DNA from: an uncultured Pelagibacteraceae bacterium
GTDB taxonomy: Bacteria; Pseudomonadota; Alphaproteobacteria; Pelagibacterales; Pelagibacteraceae
Assembly: GCA_902611815.1 (NCBI GenBank)
Contig: CACMAZ010000002.1
Coordinates: 2,178-66,177 of the forward strand
Length of the DNA: 64,000 nucleotides
Reading direction: 5' to 3'
A program made the position numbers and the translations under genes. The notes beneath the pieces are model-generated. The model saw only the letters and a list, made by a program, of their open reading frames with translations, was not told the origin of the DNA and ran no database searches. Positions 1 to 10,231 of this stretch are shown here, in pieces. Position 1 is the stretch's first letter. Each line of letters starts with the position of its first letter.

Positions 1-1045
1 CGGCATCTAAATATTCTTTAGCAGAATGCTTCATACCTTTTGAAATAGCTGATTGCATTTCCTTTGAAAGTTTTGATTTTGATTTTTTGTAATAAACTTG
101 AAAGTTATTAGCTAAATCAGTTTCATGTATTAATCTGTGGTATTTGTCTATATCCTTAAAGTATGAAGGAGTATCAAAAACCTCAATATTTTTTTTAAAA
201 GATTTTATAAAATATTCAAATGCCTCTCTGGATTTCTTATCAACTTTCTTCCAACTATCTGTCTTATAAAAAATAAACTTTGGATCAAATATAGGTCCTT
301 TTTTACACTCGTCTAACATAAATTCTGAGGAATAATGTATGGTCGCTTTATCGTAAGAATCTTTTTTAATTAACACTTTTGCAAGTAAAGCAACATCCTC
401 TACGGTTCTTCCAAAAACTCCTATATGATCAAGATTATACGAAGTTCTTAAAACTCCATTGCGTGAAATTAATCCATAACTCGGTTTGTAACCAACGACA
501 CCACAGTAAGACGCTGGTCTAATCACTGAACCTCCTGTTTGAGAACCAATTGATAAAGGCGCCATATGAGAAGCAATAACAGCTGCCGACCCACTAGAAG
601 ATCCACCTGGAGTTCTTGAATAATCGTGAGGATTTGTTGTTTTAGGTGGAGCAAGATAAGCTAATTCAGAGGTATTTGTTTTTCCCATGATTAACGCCCC
701 TGCTGATTTAAGTAAATCTACTATCTCTGCATTTTGTGACTCTGTTTTGCCTTTTCTTAAAACAGTTCCACACTCAGTAGGCATATCATAAGTTCCAATT
801 ATATCTTTTAATGCTACTGGAATTCCGTGTAGAGGGCCTACGGGTTTGCCCGACCTTCTATGATTGTCTGCCTCTTCTGCTTTTTCTAGAAGTAGTTTTT
901 TATCAAAATGGGCCCAAGCTTTTACATCTTTTTCAAATTTATCTATTTGCTCAATGTATGATTTACACAAATCAACAGAGTTTAGATCAGATTTTTTTAT
1001 TTTTTCTGCTATTTCAGAGACAGTTAATTGAAATACATTGGACAT
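1..1045 (-). CDS. Amidase-signature family amidase (3' end runs off the window)
   Basis: Not in ORF track. Manual translation from ATG at 1045: MSNVFQLTVSEIAEK...GPLHGIPVALKD...NPHDYSRTPGGSSSGSAA...GSQTGGSVIRPASYCG, containing the Lys/Ser/Ser triad motifs. Confidence 0.9.
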   Translation of the reverse strand, partial: MSNVFQLTVSEIAEKIKKSDLNSVDLCKSYIEQIDKFEKDVKAWAHFDKKLLLEKAEEADNHRRSGKPVGPLHGIPVALKDIIGTYDMPTECGTVLRKGKTESQNAEIVDLLKSAGALIMGKTNTSELAYLAPPKTTNPHDYSRTPGGSSSGSAAVIASHMAPLSIGSQTGGSVIRPASYCGVVGYKPSYGLISRNGVLRTSYNLDHIGVFGRTVEDVALLAKVLIKKDSYDKATIHYSSEFMLDECKKGPIFDPKFIFYKTDSWKKVDKKSREAFEYFIKSFKKNIEVFDTPSYFKDIDKYHRLIHETDLANNFQVYYKKSKSKLSKEMQSAISKGMKHSAKEYLDA

Positions 1046-1051
1046 TAAAAT

Positions 1052-2413
1052 TTATTCTGCGAATAAAACATCTGGTAACCATAAAGCGATACCAGGAAAC
1101 ATATACATTAAAACCATTGCAAATATTACTATTCCAAGAAAAGGCATTATACCTCTAAAGATTTGCATTAATTCAACGTTTCTACTTTGCACACCTTTTA
1201 AATAATAAGCCGACATTGCCATCGGTGGAGTTAGAAAAGATGTTTGTAAATTTAAAGCTATTAACATTGCAAAAAAATACGGGTTTACTCCAAAAAATTC
1301 TACTAGTGGTAAAAATATTGGGACAAATATAATTAAAATTTCAGTCCACTCTAATGGCCAACCAAGTAAAAATATTATAATTTGTGTGATAACTAAAAAT
1401 TGCCAAGGTTGAATATCCATTGATTTAAAAAATTCTTCAAAAACTTCATGGCCGCCTAAATATGAGAAAACTGATGCGAATGTCCAAGATCCAACGAATA
1501 ACCACATAATCATTGCACTTGTTTTAGCTGTTAGAAAAACAGATTCTTTAAAATTTTTCCATTTTAATGACTTATAAAAAAAAGATAAAATTAAAGCACC
1601 AAATGCTCCTACTGCAGCCGCCTCTGCTGGAGTAGCTAATCCACCTAATATTGTACCTAAAACCAAAATTATTAAAGAGAACAATGGAACAAAAGAAACT
1701 AGAACCTCTTTTAAAATTACTGATCTTGGCGGAATTTCCTCTGCTGCGGGCTTAGGTGCTAAAGACGGATTGAAGTATGCTCTTATAATTACATATAAAA
1801 TATAAAGGCCTGCTAACATTAAGCCAGGAAATATTGCAGCAGCAAAAAGTCTTAGTGGAGATAATTGAGCTATTACTGCATATACAATTAACATAATACT
1901 TGGAGGTATTAAAATTCCCAAACATCCTCCTGAACATATAACTCCGGATGCAAATTTTTTATCATATCCAGCTCTTATCATTGCTGGCCAAGCTAAAAGA
2001 CCCATTAAAGTTACAACTGCTCCAATTATTCCTGTTGCTGTAGAAAATAATGCACATGTTACAAGTGCTGCAACTGCCATTGAGGCTGGTAGTCTATGGG
2101 AAGCAAGTCTTATAGCAAAAAACAATTTTGCTACTATCCCAGCTCTTTCAACTAAATAACCCATAAATAAAAATAAAGGCACAGCAGTTAAAACTGTATT
2201 ATCCATTATGGTGTAAGTATTTTGTACTAATAAAGAAAATATCCGATTATCAAGCAGATGATCCATCCTAGTTGGATCAAAATAAGCGTAATATCCAAAC
2301 CCAACACCCATAGCTAGCAGAGTGAATGCAATTGGGAAACCTAAAAGAACTGCAAATAAAAATAAGCTCATCATTAATATTGCAATTTCTGGATTTGTTA
2401 ATTCAAATAACAT
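1052..2413 (-). CDS. dctM: TRAP transporter large permease (DctM)
   Basis: Highly hydrophobic; AVPLFLFMG, LGILIPPSIMLIVY, TPAEAAAVG and FLTPP motifs. Confidence 0.93.
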   Translation of the reverse strand: MLFELTNPEIAILMMSLFLFAVLLGFPIAFTLLAMGVGFGYYAYFDPTRMDHLLDNRIFSLLVQNTYTIMDNTVLTAVPLFLFMGYLVERAGIVAKLFFAIRLASHRLPASMAVAALVTCALFSTATGIIGAVVTLMGLLAWPAMIRAGYDKKFASGVICSGGCLGILIPPSIMLIVYAVIAQLSPLRLFAAAIFPGLMLAGLYILYVIIRAYFNPSLAPKPAAEEIPPRSVILKEVLVSFVPLFSLIILVLGTILGGLATPAEAAAVGAFGALILSFFYKSLKWKNFKESVFLTAKTSAMIMWLFVGSWTFASVFSYLGGHEVFEEFFKSMDIQPWQFLVITQIIIFLLGWPLEWTEILIIFVPIFLPLVEFFGVNPYFFAMLIALNLQTSFLTPPMAMSAYYLKGVQSRNVELMQIFRGIMPFLGIVIFAMVLMYMFPGIALWLPDVLFAE

Positions 2414-2990
2414 CAGCTTTTTCGTCTTTCTGAGATGTTCTCATTAATATTTTTTCAGTTTCTTCAGCACCTGCTGACATTCTCTCCGGCCAATGACCTG
2501 TTTTAATACAAATGATCGCTCTACAAACTTCACTAATTCCTTGGATCGTTAATAAAAGTCCTGACAGTGGTATTATAGATTTTGCCATATAAATTTGTAT
2601 TTGTGCTGGACTGTTCCAACTAGTTTCTTTAATTTTCCATGCTAATGCTGCATATTCGTATCCATAAAATACTAGAGCCAAAATTCCTGGAAAGAAAAAA
2701 ATAAAATATAAAATTAAATCAATCCAGCCCTGAACTTTTGTAGGAAACAATCTATAAATAACATCTCCTCTAACATGTGCTTCTGTTGACAAACAATAAG
2801 CACCTGCCATCATAAAAATTGCACCATACATTTGTAAACTAAAGTCAAAATTCCAAAGTGTAGGGCTGTTAAAAGCGTAAGCCATTATTACTTCATAGCA
2901 TGTTCCACCCATAAGTATAACTATGCACCATGAGAAGGCTTTACCCATTGATGCGCTTAATGTGTCAGCAAATTTTATGAAAGATTTCAT
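2403..2990 (-). CDS. dctQ: TRAP transporter small permease (DctQ)
   Basis: Four TM segments, HVRGD motif, lies between dctP and dctM. Confidence 0.9.
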   Translation of the reverse strand: MKSFIKFADTLSASMGKAFSWCIVILMGGTCYEVIMAYAFNSPTLWNFDFSLQMYGAIFMMAGAYCLSTEAHVRGDVIYRLFPTKVQGWIDLILYFIFFFPGILALVFYGYEYAALAWKIKETSWNSPAQIQIYMAKSIIPLSGLLLTIQGISEVCRAIICIKTGHWPERMSAGAEETEKILMRTSQKDEKADVI

Positions 2991-3028
2991 AATATCACTT
3001 TACGTTAAATTCTATCTATTAATCAAAC

Positions 3029-3055
3029 AAAAAAAAGGGGGCCATTGGCCCCCTT
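3029..3055 (-). terminator. Intrinsic terminator/stabilising hairpin after dctP
   Basis: AAGGGGGCC/GGCCCCCTT stem followed by an 8-U tract on the minus strand. Confidence 0.85.
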
Positions 3056-3074
3056 AATTAAGATTATATCTTGA

Positions 3075-4229
3075 TTATATTTTTACTTTAGCAATTGGTC
3101 CAAACTCATTTTCATAAGCTAGCTTGTAATTAGGCTGATTCATCAGCAAGTATTTCATTACTCTCTTAGCGTATGCTTTTTGAGAATCGACGATTTTCTT
3201 AAAGAAAGGATCTTTCTTATTGAAATCACCGATAACTTTATCCCAACCTTTTAATTGTTGAGCTAAAATTTCATCTGAAGTTTGGTAAACATTAACTTTA
3301 TGTTGATTCATTAATTTAGATAAATCAGCTGAATATCTAACTAATGCTTTAAAGTAGTTATCTGTGTTTGCAGCGTAAGCAGCATTTTTCAATATTGCTT
3401 GGTTAGCTGGTGACAGACCATTAAATGTTTTATTGTTAATTGGTATCTCAAACATCTCTTGAGATTGGTGGAAGCTTCCTAAGTGATAATGCTTAGAAAC
3501 ATCTTGCATACCAAACTGAGAGTCTGAAGTTGGGTTGTTAAACTCAGCTGCTTCAATCAAACCAGTTTTCATAGCTGGTTGAATTTCACCACCTGGTAAC
3601 TGTCTTACGACCATTCCCATTGCAGTTAGAACGTTAGTAGCAAGACCAACTGTTCTGTACTTCATACCTTTAACGTCAGATACTTTTGTTACGTTCTTTT
3701 TAAACCAACCAAAAGGTTGTGCTGGCATTGGCATGTGGAATACACCCGTGTAATCGAAACCAACTTTTGCAAGTGTTTCTTCATACAGTTTTCTTCCGCC
3801 ACCGTACTCCATCCATCCCATTACTTCTTGAGATGACATACCGTATGATGGTCCAGTACCAAATAATGATGCTGCTGGATTTTTACCATACCAATAAGCA
3901 GTTACCCAGTGTCCCATATCTACAGCACCTGAACTTACCGCTTGACCGATCTCACTAGTCTTCACAACTGCTCCAACTGGTTGAAGATCGATTTTTAAAG
4001 AACCGCCAGACATGTCGCTAACCATTTTGCAATAGTCTCCTGCCATTTCAAAAAAGATGTTAGCACCACTTGGCCATGCAGCTTGCATTTTTAGAGTTTG
4101 TGGAGCTCCGAATGCAATGTTTGGCATTGCTACTGCTGCTGTTGCTGCTGCACCAGTTGCTGCCGCTGCCTTAAAGAACTTACGTCTTGAAGGAATTTTT
4201 CCCTTCAATGATTTTTTTTCTTTAATCAT
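3075..4229 (-). CDS. dctP: TRAP substrate-binding protein, TakP-like (keto/hydroxy acid) subfamily, Tat signal
   Basis: SRRKFFK twin-arginine signal; GWFKK, GMKYRTVGL, LPGGEI, AAEFNNP motifs; GAGGAG RBS. Confidence 0.9.
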   Translation of the reverse strand: MIKEKKSLKGKIPSRRKFFKAAAATGAAATAAVAMPNIAFGAPQTLKMQAAWPSGANIFFEMAGDYCKMVSDMSGGSLKIDLQPVGAVVKTSEIGQAVSSGAVDMGHWVTAYWYGKNPAASLFGTGPSYGMSSQEVMGWMEYGGGRKLYEETLAKVGFDYTGVFHMPMPAQPFGWFKKNVTKVSDVKGMKYRTVGLATNVLTAMGMVVRQLPGGEIQPAMKTGLIEAAEFNNPTSDSQFGMQDVSKHYHLGSFHQSQEMFEIPINNKTFNGLSPANQAILKNAAYAANTDNYFKALVRYSADLSKLMNQHKVNVYQTSDEILAQQLKGWDKVIGDFNKKDPFFKKIVDSQKAYAKRVMKYLLMNQPNYKLAYENEFGPIAKVKI

Positions 4230-4347
4230 TTATTTCTCCTCTATTAGTTAATTAACTTGACTTTATTAAAGCACAAAATCAACTTGGAGTCTTAAGTTAA
4301 AATTGTTCTAAACTTAATTATTTACAACTATTGGTAGTATAAATTTA

Positions 4348-5301
4348 TCAATTTACTTTATTTTTGCAGTTACCTGTTTTGAAAAATTCCTCAATGTTAT
4401 CGATAGCAAGATTAGCCATGGCTGTTCTAGTTTCTTTAGTGGCACTTCCAAGATGAGGTAGTATGAAAACACTTTTATGTTTAAGATATCCTGGGTTTAA
4501 ATTAGGTTCGTTTTTATAAACATCTAAACCAGCTGCATAAACTTTTCTTCTATCTAATGCATCCAGTAAAGCTTCATCGTCTACTATATCTCCTCTAGCT
4601 ACATTAGTTACTACTGCGCCCTTTGGTAAATACTCCAAAGTTTCTTTATTTATAAGATTAATTGTTTCTTTTGAGGCTGGGCAACATACAGATAATACAT
4701 CTGACACTTCCATTAAACTTTTTAGATTATCATGATAAGTAGCTCCTTGTTCTTTATCAGAGCTCAATTTAGATCTATTGTGATAATGTATTATCATTCC
4801 AAGCGACTTTGCTATCTTAGCAATTTTTTGACCAATACGTCCCATCCCTAAAATTCCTAACCTTGAGCCAGTTAATTGTTTGCCAATCAAATAGTCTGCT
4901 GACCATTTCCAATTAGACTCTTTTGCTGCTTGAATACCTTCACTTGCTCTTCTACAAGCTCCTAGAATTAACAATATTCCTATTTCAGCTGTTGCATCTG
5001 TTAAAACATCTGGTGTGTTTGTCACTGCTATATTTCTTTTTTTAGCAGCTACTAAATCAATATTACCAAATCCTACTGCAAAGTTTGATAAAATTTTTAT
5101 ACTCTCTGGTAATTTATTGATAGTTGCCTCATCCATTTTATCAGTTAGCGATGTTAATATTCCATCACAACCTTGACTTAATTCCACTAATTTAGATTGA
5201 GAATAAAGTTCATCATTTAAATTAAGTTTAGCCTCCCACAATTTTGAAGCTTTTTCCTCATTTGATCTTAGAAGTTTTCTGGTAATTAAAATTTTTTTCA
5301 T
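4348..5301 (-). CDS. NAD(P)-dependent D-2-hydroxyacid dehydrogenase (glyoxylate/hydroxypyruvate reductase family)
   Basis: NTPDVLTDATAE, GMGRIG, NVARG, AGLDVY..EP, LPHLGSAT. Confidence 0.9.
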   Translation of the reverse strand: MKKILITRKLLRSNEEKASKLWEAKLNLNDELYSQSKLVELSQGCDGILTSLTDKMDEATINKLPESIKILSNFAVGFGNIDLVAAKKRNIAVTNTPDVLTDATAEIGILLILGACRRASEGIQAAKESNWKWSADYLIGKQLTGSRLGILGMGRIGQKIAKIAKSLGMIIHYHNRSKLSSDKEQGATYHDNLKSLMEVSDVLSVCCPASKETINLINKETLEYLPKGAVVTNVARGDIVDDEALLDALDRRKVYAAGLDVYKNEPNLNPGYLKHKSVFILPHLGSATKETRTAMANLAIDNIEEFFKTGNCKNKVN

Positions 5302-5309
5302 TCAACTTA

Positions 5310-6683
5310 TTAATTTAAGTCAAAAATCTTACCAGGATTCATTATATTATTTGGATCGATCGTTCTTTTGATAGACTTCATAACAGGTAAGTTATCGCCA
5401 TGTTCTTTAAGAAGGTAATCTTTTTTATGAAGCCCAACTCCATGTTCTCCAGTAATTGTGCCCTCTAATTCTAACGTTTTTTCTATAAGAATATCACTAA
5501 ATTTTCGTATTTTTTGATAGGTCTCTTTTTTTTCTGGGTCATAAGGTAGTAAAACATGGAAATTACCATCACCAAGATGACCAACCATTGGGGCTCTTAA
5601 ACCAAATTTTTTAGCCTCTGCATCAGCAAAGTTTACACACTCAGTTATTTTAGAAATTGGCAAACAAACATCAGTTGAATAAACTCTGCCATTATTAATT
5701 TGCGCTTTGACAGAATAATATACGTCATGTCTTGCCTTCCATAGCTTATTTCTATCCGTTAAATCTTTTGCCCATTTAAAGGAGCTTCCATTATTATTTT
5801 TCGATATTTCTTCGACAATATCGATTGACTCTTTATTTGAAGTTTCTGATCCATGAAATTCAAAAAACAAAGTGGGTGTAGCTTCCACATCCTTTAGTTT
5901 AGAGTATTCGATACTAATTTCCATTTGATCTTTATTAAGCATTTCAATTCTTGCAATTGGAATGCCATACTGAATTACCTCTTGTGCAGTTTTAACTGCA
6001 TCCTCTAGAGTTTTAAAATGACATACAGCACTCATAATACTTTCTGGGATTGGCGACAACCTAAGCTGAATCTCTGTTATAACTCCAAGTGTACCTTCAG
6101 AACCAATGAACAAATTTGTTAAATTATATCCAGCTGAAGTTTTTTTTGTTCTGCTGCCAGTTTTTATTATATCTCCATTTGGAAGAACAACTGTTAATCC
6201 AGTAATAACAGTTTTCATAGTTCCATATTTAACCGCCATTGTTCCTGACGCTGAAGTAGAGGCCATTCCACCAATTGCAGCATTTGCACCTGGATCGATT
6301 GGAAAAAATACACCATCTTCCCTTAAATAGTCATTCAATTGTTCTCTAGTTACACATGCCTGAACTTTACAATCAAAATCTTCTACGTTTACACTTAATA
6401 CTTTGTTCATCTTTTCAAGAGAAATGGTAATTCCTTGATCGTTCCCAACAACATTACCCTCTAAAGAGGTCCCTGTTCCAAACGGAACAACAGGTATCTT
6501 ATGTTGATTGCATAATTTTAATATCTTAGAAACTTCTTCATTAGTCTCTGGAAATACTACAGCCTTAGATAAAATTGGATCATAGGTGTCTTCTCCTCTT
6601 GCATAATTTAATCTTGTAGATTCAGACTCAGAAAATCTAGAATTTAGTATTTTTTTTAATTCGGTCTGAAGTTCGCTATTCAT
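5310..6683 (-). CDS. FAD-linked oxidase, D-lactate dehydrogenase/GlcD family
   Basis: GTGTSLEG, FPIDPGA, GSEGTLG, GHLGDGNFH, GEHGVG, MNPGK. Confidence 0.88.
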   Translation of the reverse strand: MNSELQTELKKILNSRFSESESTRLNYARGEDTYDPILSKAVVFPETNEEVSKILKLCNQHKIPVVPFGTGTSLEGNVVGNDQGITISLEKMNKVLSVNVEDFDCKVQACVTREQLNDYLREDGVFFPIDPGANAAIGGMASTSASGTMAVKYGTMKTVITGLTVVLPNGDIIKTGSRTKKTSAGYNLTNLFIGSEGTLGVITEIQLRLSPIPESIMSAVCHFKTLEDAVKTAQEVIQYGIPIARIEMLNKDQMEISIEYSKLKDVEATPTLFFEFHGSETSNKESIDIVEEISKNNNGSSFKWAKDLTDRNKLWKARHDVYYSVKAQINNGRVYSTDVCLPISKITECVNFADAEAKKFGLRAPMVGHLGDGNFHVLLPYDPEKKETYQKIRKFSDILIEKTLELEGTITGEHGVGLHKKDYLLKEHGDNLPVMKSIKRTIDPNNIMNPGKIFDLN

Positions 6684-6726
6684 GTGATGATGATACTATA
6701 TAAATCTTACAAAAAAAATACCTAAA

Positions 6727-7890
6727 TTATTTAAGCATTTTTTTTATGTTTTCTAATGCTTGTGAAATGTTATCTCTTGATGCTGCGAAACTAAATCTCA
6801 CGTAATCTTGACAAGTCTGACCAAATGCCGTTCCTGGCACGATTGCAACACCAGCTTCGTGCATTGCTTTTTTGCAAAATTCTCTTCCATTCATTCCAGT
6901 CTCTTTAACCTTTGGAAAAGCGTAAAATGCACCACCTGGTAGGCTACATTCAACACCTGGCAAGTCATTTAGGCCTTTGTGAATAAGGTCTCTTCTTGCT
7001 GTAAATTTTTCCATCATTTCGTGTATCGAGTCATCTGGTCCATCTAGTGCAGCAATACCCGCATATTGAGCAGCAGCATTAACACAAGAAACACTATTTA
7101 TTAATAGTTTATTAACATGTTCTACTAAATGTTCTGGCCAAAAACTCCAACCTAATCTCCATCCAGTCATAGAATAAGCTTTACTCCATCCTTCTAATAC
7201 AATAAGTCTCCCTCTTAATTTTGGATAATTAAAAAAGGTTGGCATCTCTTTACCATCAAAAATTTGTCTACTATAAATCTCATCACTCAGAATTGTAACA
7301 TGTGGGTGTTGTTCTAAACCTTTAGCAAGTTTATCAATCTCAGATTTTTCAACAAAACTTCCTGTTGGGTTATTTGGATTAATTAAAATTAATAATCTCG
7401 TCTTATCAGTGATTAAAGACAATATTTCCTCTGCATTAAACTTAAGATCTTTATCTTTAGTAAGATCATATGGAACAGGAGTAGATCCAGTATAGTTAAT
7501 CATAGACTCATAAATAGGAAAAGCTGGTGTAGGATGAATTATTTCTACACCTGGCTCTCCAAAACATTGGATCGCATAGTGCATTGTTGGTTTGCCACCT
7601 GGCATTATGATAATTCTTTCTGGATCAACATCTTGATTATAAAGTGTTTTAATTTTTCTTGAAACTGCTTGTCTGCATTCTAGAATTCCATTTGATAAAA
7701 CATAACCGTGATGGCCATCATCTAAAGCTTTTTTTGCAGCGTCTACTACATGCTTTGGGGTTTTAAAATCAGGTTGACCTAATCCAAGATGTATCATTGG
7801 TTTTCCTGAGGCCTCTAGTTTTTTTGCTTCCGCTAAAACTGAGAATGCGGTCTCTGTACCTAATCTATCTAAACTTTTTGCCAGTTTCAT
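6727..7890 (-). CDS. PLP-dependent class I/II aminotransferase
   Basis: NPNNPTG, LSDEIY, SKAYSMTGWRLG. Confidence 0.92.
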   Translation of the reverse strand: MKLAKSLDRLGTETAFSVLAEAKKLEASGKPMIHLGLGQPDFKTPKHVVDAAKKALDDGHHGYVLSNGILECRQAVSRKIKTLYNQDVDPERIIIMPGGKPTMHYAIQCFGEPGVEIIHPTPAFPIYESMINYTGSTPVPYDLTKDKDLKFNAEEILSLITDKTRLLILINPNNPTGSFVEKSEIDKLAKGLEQHPHVTILSDEIYSRQIFDGKEMPTFFNYPKLRGRLIVLEGWSKAYSMTGWRLGWSFWPEHLVEHVNKLLINSVSCVNAAAQYAGIAALDGPDDSIHEMMEKFTARRDLIHKGLNDLPGVECSLPGGAFYAFPKVKETGMNGREFCKKAMHEAGVAIVPGTAFGQTCQDYVRFSFAASRDNISQALENIKKMLK

Positions 7891-7901
7891 AATTTATATA
7901 A

Positions 7902-9059
7902 TTATCTAATATTTCTATAAATTAATTTTGAACTATTCAACTCTTTTAAATTTTTGCAACCCATTAAAACCATATTTCTATTAATTTCATCATGTATTGT
8001 CTTCAATAAATGCTCAACTCCTTGCTGACCACCTGCGGCTAAAGAGAACAAAAATATTTTACCAAAACTACAAGCTTTAGCTCCAGCGGCAATTGCTTTT
8101 AAGACATGAGAACCTCTTCTAATGCCACCATCCAAAATAATTTCCAGTTTATCACCAACAGCATCGGATATCGCTTTAATTTGGTCAAACGGTGATCTAG
8201 AGCCATCTAGTTGTCGCCCACCATGATTAGAGATCATTATAGCTGAGCACCCAATATCAATCGCTTTTTTTGCATCCTCAACTGACATAACTCCTTTTAG
8301 AGCAAAAGGACCATTCCATTTTTTTACACAATACTCTGCGTCTTTCCAATTCATAGCTGGATCATACTGCTCATTAATGTAATCAATAACTGATTTAGCA
8401 ATATTAGTTCCTTTATCAGTTTTTGTTGCAACATTAGCTAATTTAAATTTTTCATGAGTTAAATAATTAAATACCCAACCAGGATGCATAGCAAAACTCA
8501 AAAGACTTTTTAAAGTTAATTTTGGTGGTGTAGTAAAACCTGTTCTATAGTCTCTTTCTCTATTCCCTGCAACAAGAGTATCTACGGTTAAACACATTCC
8601 ATCAAATCCTGACCTTCTACAACGATCAATCAAATCATTTGTTATCGATTGATCTTTATGGACATAAAGCTGAAATAATTTAGGACCACTAGATAAGTTA
8701 GAAATTTCCTCAATTGTATTATTTGCCATTGTAGACATGCTATAAAATGTTCCAAATTTATTAGCAGCTTTTGCGGAAGCTTTATCGCCATCGTGGTGAT
8801 ACAATCTTTGCATAGCACATGGGGATAAGAAAATTGGCATATCAATTTTCCTTCCAAAAATAGTTGTAGATAAGTCTGGTTTACCTACGCTTGCCAAAAC
8901 ATTTGGTATTAAGTCACAATCGTTAAAGGCCTCTGTATTTCTTTTAAGGGTAGTTTCATCATCTGAGCCACCATCAATGTAATGAAAAATTGGTGAAGGT
9001 AATTTTTTTTTTGCTAGTTTTCTAAAGTCCTCAAAATTATAACAGTTTTTAAGACTCAT
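7902..9059 (-). CDS. FMN-dependent alpha-hydroxy-acid oxidase/dehydrogenase (LldD/GOX family), paralog 2
   Basis: YIDG, FQLY, TVD, GNRERD, LKG, SNHGGRQLD. Confidence 0.92.
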   Translation of the reverse strand: MSLKNCYNFEDFRKLAKKKLPSPIFHYIDGGSDDETTLKRNTEAFNDCDLIPNVLASVGKPDLSTTIFGRKIDMPIFLSPCAMQRLYHHDGDKASAKAANKFGTFYSMSTMANNTIEEISNLSSGPKLFQLYVHKDQSITNDLIDRCRRSGFDGMCLTVDTLVAGNRERDYRTGFTTPPKLTLKSLLSFAMHPGWVFNYLTHEKFKLANVATKTDKGTNIAKSVIDYINEQYDPAMNWKDAEYCVKKWNGPFALKGVMSVEDAKKAIDIGCSAIMISNHGGRQLDGSRSPFDQIKAISDAVGDKLEIILDGGIRRGSHVLKAIAAGAKACSFGKIFLFSLAAGGQQGVEHLLKTIHDEINRNMVLMGCKNLKELNSSKLIYRNIR

Positions 9060-9067
9060 AGAGTTTT

Positions 9068-10222
9068 TTAAGTATATCTAAACCTTAAATTATTTCTGTT
9101 TAGATCGCTAATCTTGGTGCATCCCATTAATTTCATATCACGTTCTAATTCGGCTTTGTATTGCCCTAAGGCTCTCTCTACTCCTGCTTGTCCCGCAGCA
9201 GCTAAAGCATAAAGGTATAATCTTCCTCCAGCGCAAGCCTTTGCTCCTAGAGATAAAGCTTTGAGCATGTGTGTTCCTCTCTGAAACCCACCTTCGCAAA
9301 TAACATCAATTTTATCTCCCACGGCGTCAACTATTTCAGCTAGTTGATCAAATGGTGACCTTGATCCATCAAGCTGTCGACCACCATGATTAGAAACCAT
9401 TATTCCAGTACATCCAATATCAACTGCTTTTTTAGCATCTTCAACACTCATTATTCCTTTAAGAGCAAAATGACCTCCCCACTTAGAACATAACTTTTCA
9501 GCATCATTCCAATTCATGGATTGGTCCAACATCGTAGAAAAATAATTACCAATTGAAGAGTTAGTGCTTGTTCCTTCTTTTACAAAATCTTGTAAATGTG
9601 GTAATTCAAATTTACCTTTTGTAAGATAATTTATCCCCCACATTGGTTTAGTCGCGAAACTAAATAAACTTGATATAGTAAGTTTAGGTGGTGATGTAAA
9701 ACCTGTTCTTAAATCTCTCTCACGATTTCCACCTGTTATAGTATCCACAGTTAAAGCCATCACATCAAAATTAGCTGCTTTTGCTCTTTCCAAACAAGAG
9801 TCATTTAATCCTCTGTCTTTGTGAAAATAGAATTGAAACATTTTTGGTGTGTCAATTAAAGATGATATTTCTTCGACACTTACAGTAGCTAAAGCTGAAA
9901 CGCCAAACATTGTATTAAATTTTTGTGCTGCTTTTCCTACTGCTCTTTCCCCATCATAATGAAATAATCTTTGTAAAGCAGTTGGGGAACAGTAAAAAGG
10001 TAAATCAATTTTTTTCCCAAAAATTGTTGTAGACAAATCTACGTTTTCAACACCTCTCAATACGTTGGGTACAAGATCTACGTCATTAAATGCAGATGTA
10101 TTTCGGTTGTATGTAATCTCATCATCTGCAGCACCATCAATATAATGAAAAATTGGTGACGGTAATTTTTTTTTGGCTAAAATTCTAAAGTCACTAAAAT
10201 TATGGCAATCTTTTAAATTCAT
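9068..10222 (-). CDS. FMN-dependent alpha-hydroxy-acid oxidase/dehydrogenase (LldD/GOX family), paralog 1
   Basis: YIDG, FQFY, TVD, GNRERD, SNHGGRQLD. Confidence 0.92.
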   Translation of the reverse strand: MNLKDCHNFSDFRILAKKKLPSPIFHYIDGAADDEITYNRNTSAFNDVDLVPNVLRGVENVDLSTTIFGKKIDLPFYCSPTALQRLFHYDGERAVGKAAQKFNTMFGVSALATVSVEEISSLIDTPKMFQFYFHKDRGLNDSCLERAKAANFDVMALTVDTITGGNRERDLRTGFTSPPKLTISSLFSFATKPMWGINYLTKGKFELPHLQDFVKEGTSTNSSIGNYFSTMLDQSMNWNDAEKLCSKWGGHFALKGIMSVEDAKKAVDIGCTGIMVSNHGGRQLDGSRSPFDQLAEIVDAVGDKIDVICEGGFQRGTHMLKALSLGAKACAGGRLYLYALAAAGQAGVERALGQYKAELERDMKLMGCTKISDLNRNNLRFRYT

Positions 10223-10231
10223 ATATATAAT

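Noticed and set aside
811-1158. 115-aa plus-strand ORF
   Set aside because: Antisense shadow of the amidase and dctM; no recognisable motif
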